Below, one piece after another: positions 27,609 to 32,000 of a DNA stretch of 32,000 bases (position 1 is its first letter; each line of letters starts with the position of its first letter). The position numbers were made by a program, and so were the translations under genes. Source of the stretch: Synechocystis sp. PCC 6803 substr. PCC-P (lineage in GTDB: Bacteria; Cyanobacteriota; Cyanobacteriia; Cyanobacteriales; Microcystaceae); NCBI RefSeq assembly GCF_000284455.1, contig NC_017039.1, positions 870,001 to 902,000 of the forward strand. Direction: 5' to 3'. The notes beneath the pieces are model-generated. The model had not been told where the DNA came from, did no database searches, and saw nothing but the letters and a program-made list of their open reading frames with translations.

Positions 27609-30143
27609 ATGGCAATCACCGCATTTACCCTGGGGGATTTTTTCCAAGCCAACAGCTATATACCCCACGGCCATTGCTACCTTTGGCAAACTCCCCTGGT
27701 CTGGCTCCACGTCAGCGCTGATTTTTTCACGGCGATCGCCTACTACTCTATTCCCTTAACTCTGCTCTACTTTTTGCGGAAGCGCCAAGATATTCCTTTT
27801 CCTAATATTATTTTCCTGTTTAGTACTTTTATTTTATGCTGTGGCACCAGTCACTTTTTTGACATTATCACCCTTTGGTACCCTATTTATTGGATATCCG
27901 GTACAGTCAAAGCCTCCATGGCGATCGTCTCTATTATCACTGTGTTTGAATTAATTCAAATTGTACCCAATGCCCTAAATTTAAAATCCCCCACGGAATT
28001 AGCTACCCTCAATCTGGCTCTAAATCAAGAAATTAAAGAAAGGCAAACAGCGGAAATAGCATTGCAGGAGTTAAACAATAATCTTGAAAAAAGAGTGGAA
28101 GACCGCACTACCCAATTAGCAAAAATAAATCAACAATTAGAACAGGAAATTGAAGATAAAACCCGGGCAAAAGAAGATCTAGAAAAAAATAAAGATCAAT
28201 TGGCGCAATTGGCTGCTATTGTCGAATCTTCCCAGGACGCAATTATTAGTAAAACCCTAGATGGTAACATCACCAGTTGGAACGAGTCTGCGGAAAGATT
28301 ATTTGGCTACACAGCAGAAGAAATGATTGGAAGTCATATCACCAAACTTATTCCTGAGGAATTAATCTTGGAAGAAGACCTTATTGCTGAATGCATCCGC
28401 CAAGGTCAGAGAATTAACACCTACGAAACTCAAAGACAGCGTAAAGATGGTACTAAAATTGATGTTGCCCTGACCATTTCTCCCATTCGAGATGAACACA
28501 AAAATGTAGTGGGAGCCTCCAAAATTGTTAGGGATATTACCGCCAGATTGGATGTGGAAAATGCCCTACGGGAAAGTCAATATTTTATTGAAAAATTAGC
28601 TAATTATTCTCCCCAGATTCTTTATATTTTAGACCCCATTGCTTGGAAAAATATTTATGTCAATTATCAATCCTTCGAAATCCTAGGCTACACTCCAGAA
28701 GAATTTAAAAATGGGGGAACGGAGCTGTTGTTAAATATTGTGCATCCCGATGACATCCCAACCCTTTACGAAAATAAGAATTTTTGGCAAAAGTCCCAGG
28801 AAGGCCAAGTGTTGACCACTGAATATCGAATGCGCCACAAAAATGGTTCTTGGCGGTGGCTACGTTCTCGGGAAGTGGTTTTTGCTAGGGATGATTATGG
28901 GCAAGTTACTAAGGTTTTGGGCACAGCCCAGGATATTAGTGATAGCAAAGAACAGGAACAAAGACTTTATGAGCAAGGCCGCCGCGAATCATTATTAAGG
29001 GAAATTACCCAGCGTATCCGTCAGTCTTTAGATCTGCCAACTATTTTTAACACAGTAGTGCAGGAAATTCGTCAGTTTTTGGAAGCAGATCGGGTAGTTA
29101 TTTTTCAGTTTTCACCCGACTCTGACTTTTCCGTTGGTAATATTGTGGCAGAGTCGGTATTGGCTCCATTTAAGCCAATCATTAATAGTGCAATTGAAGA
29201 AACTTGTTTTAGTAATAACTATGCCCAAAGGTATCAGCAGGGCAGAATTCAGGTCATTGAGGATATTCACCAGTCCCATCTTAGGCAATGCCACATTGAC
29301 TTTCTTGCCAGGCTACAGGTCAGGGCAAACCTAGTGCTACCACTAATTAATGATGCCATTTTGTGGGGCTTATTGTGTATTCATCAATGTGACAGTTCTA
29401 GAGTTTGGGAACAAACAGAAATTGATCTGCTCAAGCAGATCACTAATCAGTTTGAAATTGCCATCCAACAGGCTACTTTGTACGAGCAGGCTCAACAAGA
29501 ATTGGCTTCTAAAAATCAGCTTTTTGTACAATTAACCAACGAATTAGAGCAAAAAAAAGTATTGCTTAAGGAAATTCATCATCGAGTTAAAAACAATTTG
29601 CAAATTATGTCTAGTTTACTTTATTTGCAATTTAGTAAGGCTTCTCCAGCCATCCAGCAATTGAGTGAGGAATACCAGAATCGCATTCAATCCATGGCAT
29701 TGATTCATGAGCAGTTATATCGTAGTGAAGACTTAGCTAATATTGATTTTAGTCAATATCTTAAAAATTTGACTCACAATATCTGCCAAAGTTACGGCTG
29801 TAATACTGATAGTATTAAAATTAAATTGTTGGTTGAACAAGTTAAAGTTCCTTTAGAGCAGTCCATTCCTTTGGGATTAATTATTCAGGAATTAGTTTCC
29901 AATGCTTTAAAACATGCTTTCCCAACGACGGAAGGGGAAATTTCGATTAAATTCACTTCAATGAACAGTCACTATAGTTTACAGGTGTGGGATAACGGAG
30001 TTGGAATTTCCAGGGATATAGATTTGGAAAATACAGATAGTTTGGGCATGCAACTTATCTACAGCCTAACTGAACAACTCCAGGGAGAATTGCACTATGA
30101 ATATGTCGGTGGCGCTCAATTTGGGTTGGAATTTTCACTTTAG
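27609..30143 (+). CDS. uirS: Ethylene-receptor-like hybrid photoreceptor histidine kinase (ethylene-binding domain, two PAS domains, CBCR-type GAF, HisKA_2-type kinase)
   Basis: WLHVSADFFTAIAYYSIP and CCGTSHFFDI (ethylene-binding residues Asp/Tyr/Cys/His), PAS segments, GAF with EETCF and LRQCHIDF, kinase LLKEIHHRVKNNLQIMSSLL and ATP-binding WDNGVGI. Known names from recall: SynEtr1/UirS. Confidence 0.93.
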   Translation: MAITAFTLGDFFQANSYIPHGHCYLWQTPLVWLHVSADFFTAIAYYSIPLTLLYFLRKRQDIPFPNIIFLFSTFILCCGTSHFFDIITLWYPIYWISGTVKASMAIVSIITVFELIQIVPNALNLKSPTELATLNLALNQEIKERQTAEIALQELNNNLEKRVEDRTTQLAKINQQLEQEIEDKTRAKEDLEKNKDQLAQLAAIVESSQDAIISKTLDGNITSWNESAERLFGYTAEEMIGSHITKLIPEELILEEDLIAECIRQGQRINTYETQRQRKDGTKIDVALTISPIRDEHKNVVGASKIVRDITARLDVENALRESQYFIEKLANYSPQILYILDPIAWKNIYVNYQSFEILGYTPEEFKNGGTELLLNIVHPDDIPTLYENKNFWQKSQEGQVLTTEYRMRHKNGSWRWLRSREVVFARDDYGQVTKVLGTAQDISDSKEQEQRLYEQGRRESLLREITQRIRQSLDLPTIFNTVVQEIRQFLEADRVVIFQFSPDSDFSVGNIVAESVLAPFKPIINSAIEETCFSNNYAQRYQQGRIQVIEDIHQSHLRQCHIDFLARLQVRANLVLPLINDAILWGLLCIHQCDSSRVWEQTEIDLLKQITNQFEIAIQQATLYEQAQQELASKNQLFVQLTNELEQKKVLLKEIHHRVKNNLQIMSSLLYLQFSKASPAIQQLSEEYQNRIQSMALIHEQLYRSEDLANIDFSQYLKNLTHNICQSYGCNTDSIKIKLLVEQVKVPLEQSIPLGLIIQELVSNALKHAFPTTEGEISIKFTSMNSHYSLQVWDNGVGISRDIDLENTDSLGMQLIYSLTEQLQGELHYEYVGGAQFGLEFSL

Positions 30144-30191
30144 CTAGCTCCATCAAAAATCAACGAAAATCAACATTATTTGACTGCAACC

Positions 30192-30917
30192 ATGGTAACC
30201 AAAATACTGATTGTAGAGGATGAAAGGCTAGTGGCCCAACACATTGCCCAATTATTAAAAAGTGATGGCTATGAAATTTGTGTGATCGCCAGTGATGGAG
30301 CAACGGCGCTGAAAAAAATTGCTGAGTTTTATCCAGATCTAGTTTTACTAGATATTCGTATTAAAGGAGAGATCGACGGGATAGAGGTGGCGGAACGGAT
30401 AAAATCTCTTTACTCCATCCCCATTGTTTATCTCACAGCTTTTTCTGATGGGGAAACCCTGGAGCGGGCCCAGAAAACCAATCCCCAGGGCTATGTGATT
30501 AAGCCTTTTCGGCGGGAACAACTATTATCCACCGTGGCGATCGCCATAGCCAATCATCAACAGCAACGAAAACCTGAGGAAGATACCCTCTCCACGTCAA
30601 CGGGCCATTATCGCCTGCAACCGACTTTGGACTATATCGAAGAGCATCTCGACCAAGGAATTACCGTTGAATTTCTGGCCGGGGCGATCGGCATGAGCAC
30701 AGCCTACTTTTGTCGCTTTTTCCAAAAGGAAATGGGATGTTCCCCCTATCAATTTATTATCCAACAACGGGTTGAGCGGGCCAAAGCCATACTACTGGAA
30801 AGAGAATTGTCCATTAGCGAAGTAGCTTTGAGATGCGGCTTCAGTTCCCACAGTCAACTTAACCACCATTTTCGTAATCTCTTGGGCATTACCCCGAAAG
30901 AATATCGTAGTCGCTAG
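30192..30917 (+). CDS. uirR: Response regulator with receiver domain and AraC-type HTH output (UirR)
   Basis: KILIVEDERLVAQHIAQLL, PDLVLLDIRIKG receiver; SMSTAYFCRFFQKEMGCSPYQFIIQQRVERAK and GFSSHSQLNHHFRNLLGITPKEYRSR AraC HTH; directly follows the kinase. Confidence 0.93.
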   Translation: MVTKILIVEDERLVAQHIAQLLKSDGYEICVIASDGATALKKIAEFYPDLVLLDIRIKGEIDGIEVAERIKSLYSIPIVYLTAFSDGETLERAQKTNPQGYVIKPFRREQLLSTVAIAIANHQQQRKPEEDTLSTSTGHYRLQPTLDYIEEHLDQGITVEFLAGAIGMSTAYFCRFFQKEMGCSPYQFIIQQRVERAKAILLERELSISEVALRCGFSSHSQLNHHFRNLLGITPKEYRSR

Positions 30918-30956
30918 CAGTTTCCAAGCAAGATCCGGGCGAAAAAATAAAATCGA

Positions 30957-30989
30957 TGTCAAAAATCAACTAGTTTGTCAAAAATCGAC
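30957..30989 (+). promoter_or_regulatory. Tandem direct repeat TGTCAAAAATCAAC / TGTCAAAAATCGAC, candidate UirR (AraC-type) operator
   Basis: 13 of 14 bases identical, start-to-start spacing 19 bp, about 24 nt upstream of a candidate -10 element. Confidence 0.6.
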
Positions 30990-31019
30990 CAGGACAGGGT
31001 TGGGAATTTTTCCTAGGAT

Positions 31020-31400
31020 GGGACTGTGCTGGTGAGCGACGGGCTGCGAATGCCATTGGCTCAAATCCCAACCTTGCCAAGGATTAGACCTACTCCTACC
31101 CGCTTATTTTTAGGCAAGTTCTTGCAGGTTTGAATCCTAACCGACATTTTTGCTTCTAGGCCTTGGATAGCGAGAGTTACCCTTGGCCACCAAACCTTGG
31201 CTAAGTCGATGCCTTTTGGTACCCCAACTAGCAGCAAACACCAGTCATCTTCCTTGAATCCTTCTCTGGTCAGTCCTACGGGTCACTGTTTGGAGCAATG
31301 CCTGGGGCATTGAGCATTTCCTCCCATGTCAATCACAACTGACAGTTAAAACAAGGGAATTACTCGGCCCTAGGTCTCCTTATCCCACTGACAACAGCAT
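31020..31400 (+). ncRNA. csiR1: Approximate location of a small or long-leader RNA (csiR1-like) between uirR and lsiR; boundaries not determinable from sequence
   Basis: 534-nt ORF-poor gap with a candidate -10 (TAGGAT 31014-31019), many CCTTGG/CCAAGG words able to pair, and hairpin CAATGCC-TGG-GGCATTG (31296-31312). Identity is recalled from literature on this locus. Confidence 0.4.
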
Positions 31401-31451
31401 TAACCGAACACTGTTAAAGTTTATCTTTCCAAACATGCAAAGGAGTTTCCC

Positions 31452-32000
31452 ATGACTGCTGTGATCACCCGCCAAATTCCTGGCCAATTCCTGCAAACCT
31501 TAATTAAGGAAAAAGCTACCGGGAGACTAACGGTATCCAATCCCCTCGATGAGTTGGTCACCTGGCAGGTCTATCTTGGCAAAGGGAAAATCAATTTTGC
31601 CAACAGTGGTGTAGGGGGAATGCAAAGAGTCAGATATCTCCTGGGTAATTACCTGAACGAAAATAAAATTAGCCTGCCTTCCCAAATCTCAGATGACTAT
31701 AAATATATCTGTGATCTTTGGAAACAAGAACTGATTTCTTTTCAGCAAACTCGCTCAATTTTAACCCAGTTTACCCAGGAAGCATTGGTGCACTTTTTGT
31801 CTATTCCTATGACCCAATGTCACTTTGAGCAAGAAGATAGCATTAAAGACCTATTTCTGAATTTAGAATTAGCTAAAACCACCCAATCGGTGGAACATAA
31901 AATTAGATATTGGGGAGAGTTATATCCCCAGATCAATTCACCTTTCCAGCGTCCCTTGGTGGAGGATTGGCAGGAAGTGAAAACGATGCTGAATTTGAGC
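31452..32000 (+). CDS. lsiR: N-terminal part of PatA-like (PATAN domain) response regulator LsiR, truncated by window end
   Basis: Frame open from ATG 31452 to 32000 (exactly 183 codons): MTAVITRQIPGQFLQTLIKEKATGRLTVSNPLDELVTWQVYLGKGKINFA...; SD AAAGGAG upstream. Absent from ORF track because the stop is outside the window. Confidence 0.9.
   Translation, partial: MTAVITRQIPGQFLQTLIKEKATGRLTVSNPLDELVTWQVYLGKGKINFANSGVGGMQRVRYLLGNYLNENKISLPSQISDDYKYICDLWKQELISFQQTRSILTQFTQEALVHFLSIPMTQCHFEQEDSIKDLFLNLELAKTTQSVEHKIRYWGELYPQINSPFQRPLVEDWQEVKTMLNLS

Noticed and set aside
1-32000. Possible CRISPR array, prophage, transposon, tRNA or rRNA
   Set aside because: No regularly spaced direct repeats, transposase or integrase motifs, terminal inverted repeats or rRNA/tRNA-like segments seen on reading. 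tRNAscan and ISfinder would be needed to be certain.

Overview
Ordinary-looking cyanobacterial chromosomal DNA, rich in the HIP1 palindrome GCGATCGC. Gene content and order match my recollection of the Synechocystis sp. PCC 6803 smc to lsiR region; this is recall plus motif reading, not a database hit. The left end is a large minus-strand smc gene (1-3525, truncated at the window edge) that the ORF track omits because it has no stop inside the window. Then come a YihE/APH-like kinase, a TerB-like protein, a DUF3531 protein, a TPR protein, dprA, a YbjQ-like protein, a DUF2442 protein, 1-Cys peroxiredoxin, mutL, urtB, urtC, an orphan sugar-type ABC permease, a DUF29 protein, an HtrA/DegP protease, a small Rieske ferredoxin, a DUF1997 protein, an HlyD-family protein and a PGR5 homologue. 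Next is a tight cluster of aldolase/SDR fusion, DUF433/DUF5615 toxin-antitoxin-like pair and an N-terminally short CobN. It is followed by an ethylene-receptor/cyanobacteriochrome-type kinase (SynEtr1/UirS), an AraC-type response regulator (UirR), a long non-coding gap (csiR1 region) and the 5' part of lsiR. I found no tRNA, rRNA, CRISPR or transposon. The best second looks are: the terminator-like hairpin at the annotated start of htrA; the truncated CobN directly behind the TA-like pair; a helically phased TTTACA array upstream of pgr5; the tandem repeat after uirR as a candidate UirR operator; and the altered endonuclease motif in MutL. I see no convincing wholly undescribed multi-gene system.
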